DNA of 64,000 nucleotides from Gammaproteobacteria bacterium (GCA_963662545.2 CAXXLL010000003.1:864001-928000); one strand, 5' to 3'; shown: positions 33,070 to 44,498, numbered from the stretch's first letter. Notes: generated by a model not told the origin, from the letters alone. Program-made: numbers and translations.

Positions 33070-33296
33070 TGCGCGGCGGCGACCGCGTCCCGAGCGTAGA
33101 CGTTGGCGATGCCGGTGCCGACCCGAATACGCGTGGTTCGCGCAAGCAGGTAGGCGCAGGCAGCGAACGGTTCGCGGCCGCCGACCTCCGGCACCCATAA
33201 AGTGTCGTAACCGAGACCTTCGACCCGGCGGCCGTAATCATCGAGTTCATCAACGGGCATCCCGTCGGTGAACAGCAACACACTGTGCTTCGGCAT
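33070..33296 (-). pseudogene. N-terminal fragment of LLM-class flavin/F420 oxidoreductase
   Basis: VEGLGYDTLWVPE..GREPF..TTRIRVGTGIANVYARD, then runs into R6. Confidence 0.82.
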
Positions 33297-33307
33297 GGCA
33301 TTTCTCC

Positions 33308-33856
33308 TCAGGCGTTGTTTCGGGCGGCGCGGTCAGCATCCGTGTTGATTGATTGGTTAGGCGTCTTCCCTAACTTTGCCATCTGTCCATCGACAACCAT
33401 TGCGAATTCGGGGGATACGTGTTCGATCAGGCTCTTCGCTCGGTGCCAGTCGTCAACCGCACTAGGGTTATTTTTGAAATAGCCGACAAGATAATCGACG
33501 TCTACTGACGTAGATTGTAAGGTCGCTGACGCGTGGCTACCCATGTACGCAAATGCGCAGGCGATATAAAGTTCTTCAAAGGCGGCGGAAATCTGGACCT
33601 TTTCGACCTCCGTAAGGGTTTCACCGGTATTTGCCTTGATAATGGCCTCAACTATCTCTGGACTGTTGATCAATATTCCGCGCCAGCGAGCATACGCTTC
33701 CGTTACGTAACCCGTCGCCTGCATCTGAGCGAATTTTGCACTCTGCTCTGCAGCTATGCGAGCTTGTCGAGTCTGAATCGCCAAATAGATAAGTGTGACG
33801 ATTATCGCCAACGCGCCGATAAATTCGGCGATTCCACTGATTGCGTCCCAGTTCAT
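33308..33856 (-). CDS. Small membrane-anchored protein, 'MNW' paralogue 4
   Basis: MNWDAISGIAEFIGALAIIVTLIYLAIQTRQ. Confidence 0.86.
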   Translation of the reverse strand: MNWDAISGIAEFIGALAIIVTLIYLAIQTRQARIAAEQSAKFAQMQATGYVTEAYARWRGILINSPEIVEAIIKANTGETLTEVEKVQISAAFEELYIACAFAYMGSHASATLQSTSVDVDYLVGYFKNNPSAVDDWHRAKSLIEHVSPEFAMVVDGQMAKLGKTPNQSINTDADRAARNNA

Positions 33857-33920
33857 ATCGGCCGCCTCTAGAAAGTTCCGGAGATAATGGGCTTAGGACT
33901 GTTTAAAACACAACAAGCTG

Positions 33921-34064
33921 ACGTCCGATGTTGGCCGACAGCCCTCGTCGTCATGGTCGCGTGATCGAACGCTGTTGAAAGACCGCTTACGAGCGCATTG
34001 CAGACGTAACGTATAGCAGTGCTGCACTGCCGCGAGGAGGCCGCTGAAGACCCTAAGCAGTCAT
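33921..34064 (+). repeat. Triple-palindrome repeat R7 (intact)
   Basis: ACGTCCGATGTTGGCCGACAGCCCTCGT..GACCGCTTACGAGCGCATTGCAGACGT..GGCCGCTGAAGACCCTAAGCAGTCAT. Confidence 0.9.
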
Positions 34065-34088
34065 CAGGGAGCGAAAATAAGTGCGTCC

Positions 34089-35428
34089 CTGAGGGATCCC
34101 CACAAATTCGACTAGCAAAATTCAAGTTGCACAATGGCGCGTGCCTGTAGATCCCGGAGCGCCTGTAATAAAGTTGAGCGCTGGATTTGAAGTTGCTTGG
34201 CAATGAGGCGAGCACCAACGAATACCACGGATAGGACGGGCTTACGTCTTTCGGTATTGGCCTGTAAACCTTTCACTAAACCTGTTTGGTAACCGACCAA
34301 GCCGACCAACCATTGGGCCAGTGTGGCCAATGCGCACAGCAAGAGTAAGTTCGCCACTCTCTCGGGATCACGTCCCATGTTTTCTCTAAGTGCAAAGCCG
34401 TAACGGGGCGACTTCATGTCGCGGAAGCTCTCTTCAATCTGCATGCGGCGACGATACACGGCAACTACCCGATGCGCACTACGAAGGTTGTCCGGCAGAT
34501 TGCTGGCCAATAACCACGGCTCACGCGCCGCTGCCGACGGTTTCTCGGTATTGCGAGCCCGCGCCGGTTTGCCGTAAGCCGTATAGCAGACACGCCCGCG
34601 TTTCTTACCTTTGTAAACGAATAAATGGGTGTCCAGCGGATTACTTTTCGTGATCAAAAAACGACCCAGTGACTTCGGACGAGCATTGGCTTGGCCGTAG
34701 AGCACTTTGTTCGAATGCCATGCCGCCTCATCCATACCTCGCACGAGGTGACGATGACGGATGCGACCCACGTAATACCATCCCATTGAGGCCACAAGAC
34801 TCAACCAGGGCGTCCGAAATCCTGCATCACTGACCAAGATCGGACAACAGCCCGCAGGCAGAATGGCCTTCAGTCGCTTCAGAAAGCGTTTCTCCGCTTT
34901 GACACTCGCGTAATGGTGTTCGACTTCTTCATACACGGGGATGGCTCGACCACCGACCGCTAAGGCCGCCCGCAATACATAGAGCTCTTGACGTTGATCC
35001 AGATTAGACCAATCCACCAACACCACCGGATGCGCACAGTCCGATACCAATAACCGAGCTATCCATTGATACCACTGCAAACGCTCACCACCGAGCTGAC
35101 GATTACCCAGCAAGCGATCGACGCGCTTAATCGCGTGTTTCTCGCTCGTGCCACTGTCTATGCTCCGACCGATATGCGTCAGCCACAAACGTCGGCCCCG
35201 AAGTAAACCGCCGACCGCCGCCCAAACCGAGAGTCGACGACCCAAATGCACACCGTATAGCGCTTCGCTGCTCATTTCATGTAACAATTTCAATACCTGC
35301 ATGGCTCACCTCGTCGTTCACAGATTGTCTTGCAACAACTGAGATCAACTCGAGCCATGCAGGTTCCACGAACCCACAAATCAATCTATCGCTTTGTATT
35401 TCGTTGGGGTTTTATGGGGATTCCTCAG
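34089..35428 (-). mobile_element. IS4-family (IS10-like) element A
   Basis: TIR CTGAGGGATCCCCA / TGGGGATTCCTCAG, 9-bp duplication AGTGCGTCC. Confidence 0.92.
34112..35302 (-). CDS. IS4-family transposase
   Basis: KHAIKRVDRLLGN, VDWS, SDAGF, YRRRMQIEESFRDMK (YREK). Confidence 0.93.
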   Translation of the reverse strand: MQVLKLLHEMSSEALYGVHLGRRLSVWAAVGGLLRGRRLWLTHIGRSIDSGTSEKHAIKRVDRLLGNRQLGGERLQWYQWIARLLVSDCAHPVVLVDWSNLDQRQELYVLRAALAVGGRAIPVYEEVEHHYASVKAEKRFLKRLKAILPAGCCPILVSDAGFRTPWLSLVASMGWYYVGRIRHRHLVRGMDEAAWHSNKVLYGQANARPKSLGRFLITKSNPLDTHLFVYKGKKRGRVCYTAYGKPARARNTEKPSAAAREPWLLASNLPDNLRSAHRVVAVYRRRMQIEESFRDMKSPRYGFALRENMGRDPERVANLLLLCALATLAQWLVGLVGYQTGLVKGLQANTERRKPVLSVVFVGARLIAKQLQIQRSTLLQALRDLQARAIVQLEFC

Positions 35429-35461
35429 AGTGCGTCCCCTTTTCCGTATTGCCTTTCGGGT

Positions 35462-36364
35462 CTACGAACTCTTTCCGACCTTTTCGAGGAATTCGAAGAT
35501 TAGATTTTCCGGTGCTTTGATGACGTGTTCGGTTGCCGGAAATTTCTTGTTCTGGACGTCATTGATGAATTCCGTGAAGCCGGCGATGCGTTCGCGCTGC
35601 ATCTCTTGCTTCATCTTATACATGTTTCGGTACTGCTTTGAGTGGCGCGGATAAGGCGGCGGGTTGTTGCCAAGAATGTCCTCCGCAAACAGGAACTGGA
35701 TGTCACCGCCGCCGCCTCCGCCGATGGATGATGTCATCAGCGTTGTGCGACTGCTGATCTCGGCGAGCAGTTCTTCGGGGACGACTTCGACCTCGACGGC
35801 GTAGGCGCCCGCGCGCTCAAGCGTCTTGATTTCCTCGTAGATCCACATCGCTTCGTCGAGCGTTTTGCCGACGGCGCGCAGCCCGCCCGTCCATGTACTT
35901 TTGCGCGGGACGAGGCCGGCGTGGCCCTGTACGGGAATGCCGGCTTCGGCAGCGGCTTCGATGAATCGCGGGCTCCATTGGCACATGATGGCATCGGCAC
36001 CAAGCTTCATCGCGTCATAGCCGAGCCGCACGGCTTCCTCTGGACTGGCCGCTGCAACCAAGGGCACGGAAAATGCCATGAAAGTATTGGGTGCGGCCTT
36101 GCGAATGGCGGCTGCTGGTTCGGGCTGGGCGGGATCGAAACGCACCTTCATGGTGTCGATGCCGGCTTCTTCGGCGGCAGCGGCTTCTTCTGGTGAGAAC
36201 GGAAGCGTTTCGACGAGGACGCGCTTGCCCTTCTGATCGCGCAGACCTTTGACGGTATAATTGCGCGTGCCATAGGTGCCGCCGAGCGTCATGACGCGTG
36301 TCAGCCCGCGATTGCCTGCGTCTCTTGGCGGGATGCCGCCGTCACTCGTTGCGTGGTTTGCCAT
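35462..36364 (-). CDS. PanB-like hydroxymethyltransferase family protein (divergent N terminus)
   Basis: GIPVQGHAGLVP..GGLRAVGKT..AGA..EVVP, SIGGG, DILG. Confidence 0.8.
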   Translation of the reverse strand: MANHATSDGGIPPRDAGNRGLTRVMTLGGTYGTRNYTVKGLRDQKGKRVLVETLPFSPEEAAAAEEAGIDTMKVRFDPAQPEPAAAIRKAAPNTFMAFSVPLVAAASPEEAVRLGYDAMKLGADAIMCQWSPRFIEAAAEAGIPVQGHAGLVPRKSTWTGGLRAVGKTLDEAMWIYEEIKTLERAGAYAVEVEVVPEELLAEISSRTTLMTSSIGGGGGGDIQFLFAEDILGNNPPPYPRHSKQYRNMYKMKQEMQRERIAGFTEFINDVQNKKFPATEHVIKAPENLIFEFLEKVGKSS

Positions 36365-36743
36365 TTGTCTAATCTCGCTTTGCGATCCGAATTGGTTTAA
36401 CCAAACTTTATCAGGTCAAGGGGTCAGATCCCTCGTTGTTTTCGATCCTCTTTGATAGCTCTCGCAAGTTCGCGTTTTACTGTTTCGGTTTCTTCTGTGA
36501 CGACGGCCAATTTTTCGACCGATGCCTTAACTAAGGTTTCTTTCAGCGATCCGCGATCATCACGATTCAAGTGTTAAGCGCACACCATACGGTGGTGGCG
36601 CATTGGCTTAGGCTTCGTGGGCAGTCTGAAAAGGAGTTTGGGGGACAGTTTACCTATTGTGTTTACGTGTAGTTCGACCTATCACGTCTCGAACTGGGTT
36701 TAGTAAACTGTCCCCGGAATTGGACCTAGAGGGTCCTCAACTA

Positions 36744-37766
36744 TCACCGGTCACGGAAGGCCGGTATGACTTCCGTGGCGAAACGCTCAATCGCTCGGTT
36801 ACACGTGGGGACATCCATCCCAGGGAGCTGCATGTTCATGACAAAATCCGTACAGATGTACTCATTGCAAAATTTGTCGAGCTTCTCTGCAACCTGATCC
36901 GCCGTCCCAACGAAGAACACATCCGTGAGAGCGGACTCGCGTATATCGCGTGGCTCCTTCACCGGGAGCGGTTGGTCGTCGCCTTCAGCATCGTTCGCGC
37001 CTTCAAGAATGTCCTGGTAGAACTCGAGCAGATGAAACAAGTGATCCTGACATTCTTCCCAGGCCTGATCTTCACTGTCGGCAATGTGACCCATGCGCAA
37101 TTGCGCAATTTTAAAGTCGTCCGGGTTGTACCCTTCTTCCTTTAAGGTTTCACGGTACAGCGGCGCTGGATCAGGGCCGAATGTTGCCATGAAATGGTGA
37201 CCGGCCTTTGCGGCGCGGCGGATACCCTTGGGGCCGCGAGCGCCTACCCAGATTGGCGGGTGCGGCTGTTGTACCGGTTTCGGCGACAGGTGCAAATCTT
37301 CAATTTGCGTGAATTCACCTTTAAACGACACGCGGTCCTCTGTATGAAGACGTTTGTAGATGTCGAGCGCCTCGTAAAGGCGGCGCGCGCGGGTAGAGCG
37401 GTCCAGACAAAAAGATTTGAACTCGTGGTACGAGTAGCCCTGGCCAACCCCGAAATCAAAACGGCCGTTAGAGATGATATCCACGTTGGCGACGTCTTCT
37501 GCCACGCGCACCGGATGGTTATAAGGCAGCAACAGGATGAACGTCGCAATGCGGATACGCGTGGTCTGCGCCGCAATCGCGGCGGCAGTCGGCAGTATCG
37601 ACGGGTTGTAGCCGTCTTCCGTAAAGTGATGCTCGGTCAACCACACATGGTCGTAACCCAGTTCCTCCGATCGCTTAATTTGTGCAAGGATATCCCGATA
37701 CAAATCAGCATACGGCCGGCGCCACCGTAGTGGATTACGAAAGTCTTCCATTAGTCCAAAACGCAT
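36744..37766 (-). CDS. LLM-class flavin-dependent oxidoreductase
   Basis: WLTEHHF, HPVRVAED, SNGRFDFGVGQGY, PKPVQQPHPPIW. Confidence 0.92.
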   Translation of the reverse strand: MRFGLMEDFRNPLRWRRPYADLYRDILAQIKRSEELGYDHVWLTEHHFTEDGYNPSILPTAAAIAAQTTRIRIATFILLLPYNHPVRVAEDVANVDIISNGRFDFGVGQGYSYHEFKSFCLDRSTRARRLYEALDIYKRLHTEDRVSFKGEFTQIEDLHLSPKPVQQPHPPIWVGARGPKGIRRAAKAGHHFMATFGPDPAPLYRETLKEEGYNPDDFKIAQLRMGHIADSEDQAWEECQDHLFHLLEFYQDILEGANDAEGDDQPLPVKEPRDIRESALTDVFFVGTADQVAEKLDKFCNEYICTDFVMNMQLPGMDVPTCNRAIERFATEVIPAFRDR

Positions 37767-37871
37767 TGATTCATCCCTCGTAGTTCAAAAGTTGTATTTC
37801 AGATGGCTCAGAAGCGGCAGGTCCAATTCCGTTGTTGGCCATCTCATTGTGCAAACCGCCGTATGCAACGC

Positions 37872-39726
37872 TTACTTGACGATTAGTCCGGCAAGATCTC
37901 CCTTTTCGCGCCAAGCCGCAAGCATATTGAAGAAGGGCACTGGACCTTCGGGATATTGATTGTCGATAAATGCTTGCCCGGTGTTTTTACCCTCTACGTT
38001 GTAATAGCTAGGGGTGCAGGCCTCCTGGTACTTACGCATGGGGCCGGGACTGGACACCAAATCCACATACTCGGCCTCGGCCTCCGGCGTCGCCTCGATC
38101 GACTTTGCATCGCGCCGGATTACTGCGGCGACGAGATGGGCAATGTGTTCCGCTTGTCCGCCTGCGGTGTAGGTGTAGTTAAATGCGAGTCCCGTTTGCG
38201 TGAGCCCCATGTGAAAGCAGTTTGGAAGCCCGGGCGTGCGGCCGGCGAACGTAGCCGTGGCTCAGAAAGCCGTGGAAAGTTCTCATGCCCTCCGACCAAT
38301 AGTCGCTCAGCGTCTTACCGTCGCGTCCATACACCTCGCACTCGGAGCGCCGGGTGTAGGAGGTACCCACCTCAAAACCCGTTGCGAAGATCAGACAGTC
38401 GACTTCGTGCTCGACACCATCAACTACTACTGAATTCTCTGTGACGCGCTCGATGCCCTTCCCCTTGGTATCAACCAGTTCTACATTCGGCCGGTTGAAT
38501 GCCTGCAGATATTCATCGTGAAAGTTGGGACGCTTGCACCATTGGCCATACCACGGCTTGAGCGCCTCCGCGGTTCCAGTGTCTTCGACTATCCGGGAAA
38601 CGCGATCTCGGATCTCGTTTCCTTTCTGGTAGTCGGCGATCTCGCGGATGAGTGCCTTCCTTTCATCCGACATGTTCGACTCACCGCCGGTGTCGAGGAT
38701 CTTGTAAGTAAGTTTGAAAAAGTCCGTCCACTTGTCGTTGACCAGATTCTTATCAACTGGGAGACCCGCCATGATCGAGCAGAAGTTTTTATCCCGTTCG
38801 GCTTGCCAGTCTGGTCTGAGTGACTTTGCCCATTCTTCATCGGTCGGTCTGTTATTGCGCTCATCTACGGAAGCCGGCGTGCGCTGAAACAGGTAGAGGT
38901 GCTTTGCGCAGGCACCGACAGGCGGCACCACCTGGATCCCCGTCGCCCCCGTGCCAATAACGCCAACGCGTTTGTCAGCGAGCTTGTTCAATCTGCCTGT
39001 GCTGTCTCCACCTGTGTACGCATAGTCCCACCGGCTCGTGTGAAAGGTGTGTCCCTTGAAATCGGTGATTCCCGGGATCGCGGGAAGCTTCGGCCGGTGC
39101 AGCGGCCCGCTCGACATGATGACAAAACTTGCTTTGAAAATGTCGCCGCGATCGGTCTTTACCGTCCAGCGTCCTTCTTCCTTGGACCAGCGCGCCTCTT
39201 GCATCTGCGTCTGGAAACAGGCCCGGTCGTAGAGCTTGAAATGCCTGCCGATCCGCTGCATATGCTCGAATATCTCGGGCTGGTGGGCGTACCTCTCTTT
39301 GGGGATGTACCCGGTTTCTTCCAGGAGCGGCATATAGATATAGGCCTCCGTGTCGCACTGGGCACCGGGATAACGATTCCAATACCAGACCCCACCGAAG
39401 TCGCCGGCTTTTTCGATGATGCGAACATCGGTGACGCCCGCCTTTTGCAGCCGAACCGCGGCTAAGAGGCCCCCAATACCGCCACCGAGGATCACCACGT
39501 CGAGCTCCTCGTGGAGCGCATCACGACTGAAGCCCGGTTCTATATGGGGATCGTCTTCGTAGTGTGCGAAGTCGCCGATTACCTCCACATACTGATCGTT
39601 GCCTTCCTTGCGCATGCGCTTATCACGTTCTTCCGCGTATTTCTGCCGCACGTCTGCAGGATCGAAGCCCAAGAGTTCGGGATCCAGAACATCGGAATTG
39701 TGATCCGCGGGTTTAGCTTTGGTCAT
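37872..39726 (-). pseudogene. Baeyer-Villiger monooxygenase, frameshifted near 38240
   Basis: GGGIGG, GGVWYWNRYPG, FKGHTFHTSRW, GTGATG, ATGF; C terminus (PNCFHMG..CTPSYYNVEG) in another frame. Confidence 0.88.
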
Positions 39727-40247
39727 CGTATCGATCTCCGATTATGTGAATGCGCAATAACTGAAGCTGGAATTCAGTACTCTTCCGCCTGAACCGCCGC
39801 CTGCCTTATCCGGCGGTCGTAGGCCGCTGTGTCGGTCCAGTACGCGATGAACAGCGTTCGTATACGATTGCGCATCAACGAAGACACCGCGATTCAACTC
39901 TACCGGGTCATCGTCCAGCGTGAACAGAGGGCGATAGGTCTCGAGCGCCGCCGCCGCTTGGTCCCCGTCCTGCGCCTACGCGCCAATCTGGGCGAATTGC
40001 ACCGCGGTAACACCGTGGGGCCAGTCGAGATTCCACAATTCGACTGCTTGATCGTGATCTGCATTGGGTTCCTGTGTCATGGTTATATCCTCGTCGACCT
40101 TAGCCACCAGTCGAGCGCCGCAACGCGGGGCAACCAATCGGAAGAAGATTATAGGGTGGTCTGACCCCATTTCCCGATCATAATTTCTCCGACACGCCGA
40201 CTGCAGCGTATACCAGCGCATCACTTGGCACAGAAATAGTTCGACGT

Positions 40248-40543
40248 TCGTCTGCTTTTGGCCGAGGCTGTGTCAAAAGTCGAAAAATGGAGCCCGCTGC
40301 GAAAATTTTCCCCACTTAGGTTGTTATGCACGATTGATTAAGGGAACACACCGCCTAAGGTAGGCAAATCGAGCTAAACTTCTCCCACTTTCAAAATTCA
40401 AAAATACTTTTGACACAGCCTCGGCCGTAAGCCGACCTGCTCCGCTAACCTTCCGCTAAACGCTACTCGACGACCGCTTACGAGCGGATTGCAGACGTAA
40501 TCCTTAGAAGTGCTGCACTGCCGCGAGGCGGCGGCTTCCGACC
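40248..40543 (+). repeat. Triple-palindrome repeat R8 (site A split by MITE-B, site C by MITE-A; remainder 40704-40719)
   Basis: Rebuilt site A TCGTCTGCTTT-TGGCCG-TAAGCCGACCT; conserved site B and linker 2. Confidence 0.88.
40264..40422. mobile_element. MITE-B (159 bp) copy 1
   Basis: TIR GAGGCTGTGTCAAAAGT / ACTTTTGACACAGCCTC, GGCC duplication. Confidence 0.88.
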
Positions 40544-40703
40544 CAGAGTGTGTGAAAACTATTTTCATTTTTCAAAAGTGGGGGAACTACCCTCGAAATT
40601 GGATCTAATTGAAATGCCGATCCCTATTCGAGGGGCATAACAACTATGCTGGTGGGGAATATTTTTATTTCGTCGTCGTATTTTTGAGTTTTCACACAGT
40701 CTG
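40544..40703. mobile_element. MITE-A copy 3
   Basis: Same 160-bp sequence; GACC duplication. Confidence 0.9.
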
Positions 40704-41217
40704 GACCCAAAGGCGACATGCATCAGCAAGGTCAAGCGCTGTGTTGAACGAAAATAAACCTGGCCCCTTTCCCGTTCCGCGGTATCGCCCGGAAACGAGG
40801 TGAGAGGATATTTCCACATGCCCGGTGGCTAAAGCGGGCATCCAGTCTCGCCCGTCTATTGGGGTGGTCATGAAGCCTGGGCGAAAGGCAAACGGTTGCC
40901 CTTCCTGCCAGGCGAGGCCGTGTATGAGCTGGAGGCCAATCCGGCGTCCGAGCGGTGACTGGAAATGATGACCTGAATTAGGCGATCAAACTTTTCAACG
41001 ATCGAAAAATAAATTCGACTCAAAATCAACTAATGACCTTTTGTCACTACAAAATCACCGACCGTCAATAACTTGAACCTCGAACTGCTAGTGAAGACAT
41101 GAAGTTGTGACAATTATTTGCATCTGGAGAAGCTATATTGTTGATGGGTTCTGTGAATTTAGATGCAAGCTATCCTTGTGCAAACGGGCCGAGTACGGTA
41201 ACCGGCTGGAGAAGACC

Positions 41218-41916
41218 ATGAGAACGTGTATCAAATGCAAAATGATGGTCAACCGTGCGATCGCCGCCATGGCCGTTATAACTGTCGTATTGGCCTTACC
41301 ACAAGCCAACGCCGCAGACATTGGCGCTTTTGATTCTGGCTGGTACGACGACTTCAATGGCCAACACATCCCTACCAGCCAGAACTACGTTGCAAGCAAA
41401 AGCCTTGCCCAAGAATTGAGAAACTTCTTTGTATTCGATTTGTCCGCCGTGAGCGGAACAGTTACGGGTGCCACCTTGAATTTGCGACGCTACAACTCCA
41501 CTACTAGCAACGATACCTACTCGAGCTGGGACGTGACGACGCCTTTGGCGACCCTGCTTGCCGGCGGAACTGGCCTTTTCTCTATCTTCAACGACCTTGG
41601 CTCGGGCACCTTTTACGGGTCTTCTCCGGTGCCGAACACTGGAAGCAGCGGGGACATCCTCTCCTTTCCCTTGAATACCACCGCCGTGACGGCCATCAAC
41701 TCTGCACTGGGCGGCACTTTCGTGATCGGGGGCAGTACCACCGGCAACCTCCCCCTAACGCAGCTGTTTGGCGGCAGCAACTTTCCCGGACCCAATGAGC
41801 GGTTCCTTACCTTGACCGGAAGTGTCGTTGTTATTCCCGTTCCCTTGTCGCTGGTATTACTCGGCTCGGGGTTTGGTGGCCTTCTATTGGTCGGGCGAGG
41901 ACGTCGGAACAATTAA
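41218..41916 (+). CDS. Exported protein with PEP-CTERM/VPLPA-like C-terminal sorting signal
   Basis: Signal peptide (..QANA), Ser/Thr/Gly-rich body, IPVP + TM helix + RGRR; start uncertain. Confidence 0.82.
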   Translation: MRTCIKCKMMVNRAIAAMAVITVVLALPQANAADIGAFDSGWYDDFNGQHIPTSQNYVASKSLAQELRNFFVFDLSAVSGTVTGATLNLRRYNSTTSNDTYSSWDVTTPLATLLAGGTGLFSIFNDLGSGTFYGSSPVPNTGSSGDILSFPLNTTAVTAINSALGGTFVIGGSTTGNLPLTQLFGGSNFPGPNERFLTLTGSVVVIPVPLSLVLLGSGFGGLLLVGRGRRNN

Positions 41917-42035
41917 TCGATAATCACTCTGGACCCTTAATCTGGAATCGGCTATTGGCGCCGTAGAGCTAAATAGAACAGGCAAAATGCTGGTGACAAG
42001 GAACCTGCTTCGGCGGGTTTCTTTTTGACATCGTC

Positions 42036-42168
42036 ATTACCGCTATTGGCCGACTGCCGCCCCGCAACATGTTCACGCTACCAAACGCTACTGGACGACC
42101 GCTATGGAGGGTACTGCAGACGTAATCTAGGGCGGTGCTGCACTGCCGCGACAAGTCGGCTGACGACC
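42036..42168 (+). repeat. Triple-palindrome repeat R9 (remainder 43854-43869)
   Basis: ATTACCGCTATTGGCCGACTGCCGCCCC..GACCGCTATGGAGGGTACTGCAGACGT..GTCGGCTGACGACC. Confidence 0.9.
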
Positions 42169-43853
42169 CAGAGTGTGTGAAAACTCGGAATGAAGAGGAA
42201 TCACGTCGAGAACTCCTCGTCAGACGCAACGCGGCGCGGTTACGACGGCCGCGCTCGCGGTCCAATGCGATCGGTTAGTTAATGGAACATTCCTTAGAAC
42301 GGCCCCAGAAGCCGGCAGTGAAGCCGTGGATCAGGGAGTTTTCGAGGCCACAGAGGGTCTCATGCCGTCATCGCTTCGATGAGCGTAGCGACACCCAGTA
42401 GATTCATCACGCGTTTCATGTTGTAAGCGAGCACGTGCAGACTCATTTCCGTACCAACGTGTTTCAGCGTGCGCATCTGGAAGTGGGTCGAACCCATCCA
42501 GGATTTGATCGTGCCAAATGGATGCTCGACCGTCTCTCGGCGGACACGCATAGGGTCAGGTTCACGATCCAATCGCGCCTGCACCGCTTCAACAACCGCT
42601 TCATGTTCCCAACGGCTGACGCGCCGGTATCGACCCGTTGTGCATTTAGATTTGATCGGGCAGCGGGGACACGCCGAACTCCAGTAGCGCCGGATCTGCT
42701 TGCCTTTCTCCACTCGGGTGAACCGGTAAATCAGTCGCTCACCGGCCGGGCATTCATACGCATCCTCTTCGGGTTGGTAAATGAAGTCGCGCTTGCCAAA
42801 CAAGCCCTTCGCCTGGTTACCCGAGGTCTGCGGTTTCGGCAGATAGGTCGTGATGCCGGCTTTAGCGCACGCCAAGATCTCTTCGCCACTGAAGTACCCG
42901 CGATCCGCAACGACGGTCAACTCCTTCTTATCCAGCGCCTCTTTGGCTTTCTCCGACATGTTCGACAGTTGCGCCCGGTCATGACCTACGTTCGTCACTT
43001 CATGTGCCACAATCAGATGACTCTTCGTGTCGACCGCCGTCTGCACGTTGTACCCCACCATGCCGCTGCCACGGCCGCTCGTCGCCATCGAGCGCGCGTC
43101 CGGGTCCGTCAGTGAGACCTGATGGTCCGGCGTCTCCTCGAGCCGTACCTCGAGCTTTTTTAGGCGGCCTATCTCTTCCTTCAGTACCTCGATCTTGTCC
43201 TTCAAACGCTGCGACTTGTCACCTGACACCGCACGCTCCTGGCGGTCGGCACTTGCAATTTCCGCCAGGTACCGCTCAACGCTCTCGTCAATCTGCTGCA
43301 ACCGACGTTTCAGCTTCGCCTTCGTGAAGTTCCGGTCACGGTTGTTTACCGCTTTGAACTTGCTGCCATCTATCGCCACGAAGGCTTCCGAAAACAGCTG
43401 CAGCTTACGGCACAGCATCACGAACTCCCGGCATACCAGACGAATGGCGTCACCGTTATCTTTGCGGAAATCGGCAATGGTCTTGAAATCAGGCGCCAGA
43501 CGACCCGTCAGCCACATCAGTTCCACGTTCCGCTGCGCCTCCCGTTCCAGGCGACGGCTCGATTGAACCCGGTTCAGGTAACCGTAGATATAGAGCTTCA
43601 GCATCGTCGCCGGGTGATACCCCGGTCGACCCGTCTCATGCGCATCGGTTCTGAAACTCAGACCTGACAGATCCAACTCATCGACGAACACATCGATGAC
43701 CCGCACCGCACTCTCCTCAGCGACATAATCGTCCAGACACTCGGGAAACAGCGTTGTTTGGCGGCGGTCCGCGCCTTCAATGAACCCGCTCATCAACGAC
43801 TCCCCAGGACCGAAAGAGTGATCTTATCTGATGCAGAGTTTTCACACACTCTG
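42169..43853 (-). mobile_element. IS1182-family element, copy 2 (transposase 42360..43796)
   Basis: Same TIRs, GACC duplication, 478-aa ORF differing from copy 1 by one residue. Confidence 0.93.
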
Positions 43854-43869
43854 GACCCACAGCGGACAT

Positions 43870-43934
43870 GGCTATCGGAGCGGCAGTGAAGGGAATGCCA
43901 CTGTCAAGCGTCCGCCTCCAACGACCCGTTATGC
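43870..43934 (-). other. Truncated integron attC site (R'' and L'' half)
   Basis: Minus strand GCATAAC-GGGTCG-TTGGAGGCGGACGC just after the cupin stop; complements the cassette start GTTATGC. Confidence 0.65.
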
Positions 43935-43938
43935 TGCA

Positions 43939-44382
43939 TTATGAATGCACAGTGACCCCATTTCTGTTCATTACTTCTACGATCTTTTCTATGTTCGGCG
44001 GACCTGGCGGAACTTCATTGTCGAGCGCCGTGAACATTTGAGCAGCTATGCTCCCGGAGCCTGTTATTTCCAGCATTTCGCCGCCATCGGGGCCGTATTT
44101 GAACGCATGTATCGTTCCACCCGGCACAAAAACAAGTGTGCCTGGTGTGCACAGTTCGGTCCTTCCATCACAGGTGATTTCAACGCTTCCTTTAATCACG
44201 AAAAATGATTCATCCCAGTCGTGGCTATGAGGCGGAGGTCCCATGCCTTTGTCTCCGGACTGATACGTAAATTCCTGTCCCTGTGTTTCTTGTTTTGAAG
44301 CGAGCACGGTTACGTCAGTGCCTACGACGTTCAACGCGGATTTATAAGTCTCCGGTTTGATAATAAGCGGGGCTCTACTCAT
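43939..44382 (-). CDS. Cupin domain protein (integron cassette)
   Basis: PPPHSHDWDESF..VPGGTIHAF. Confidence 0.88.
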   Translation of the reverse strand: MSRAPLIIKPETYKSALNVVGTDVTVLASKQETQGQEFTYQSGDKGMGPPPHSHDWDESFFVIKGSVEITCDGRTELCTPGTLVFVPGGTIHAFKYGPDGGEMLEITGSGSIAAQMFTALDNEVPPGPPNIEKIVEVMNRNGVTVHS

Positions 44383-44420
44383 GGGATTACTCCTCCGACG
44401 GTGTAGATGGGCCGGTTGCG

Positions 44421-44474
44421 GCATAACGCTAGGATAACCTGCTGTAACACGTCAGGATGATCCGTTTGTTAGGT
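44421..44474 (-). other. Integron attC site
   Basis: Minus strand ACCTAAC...GGATCATCCTG...CAGGTTATCC...GTTATGC: RYYYAAC/GTTRRRY ends, paired L boxes with an extra base. Confidence 0.75.
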
Positions 44475-44498
44475 GGATGATGCATTTCAAATGTGAAC

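Noticed and set aside
39770-40224. Possible gene upstream of the BVMO
   Set aside because: Short, interrupted by a stop codon and without recognisable motifs.
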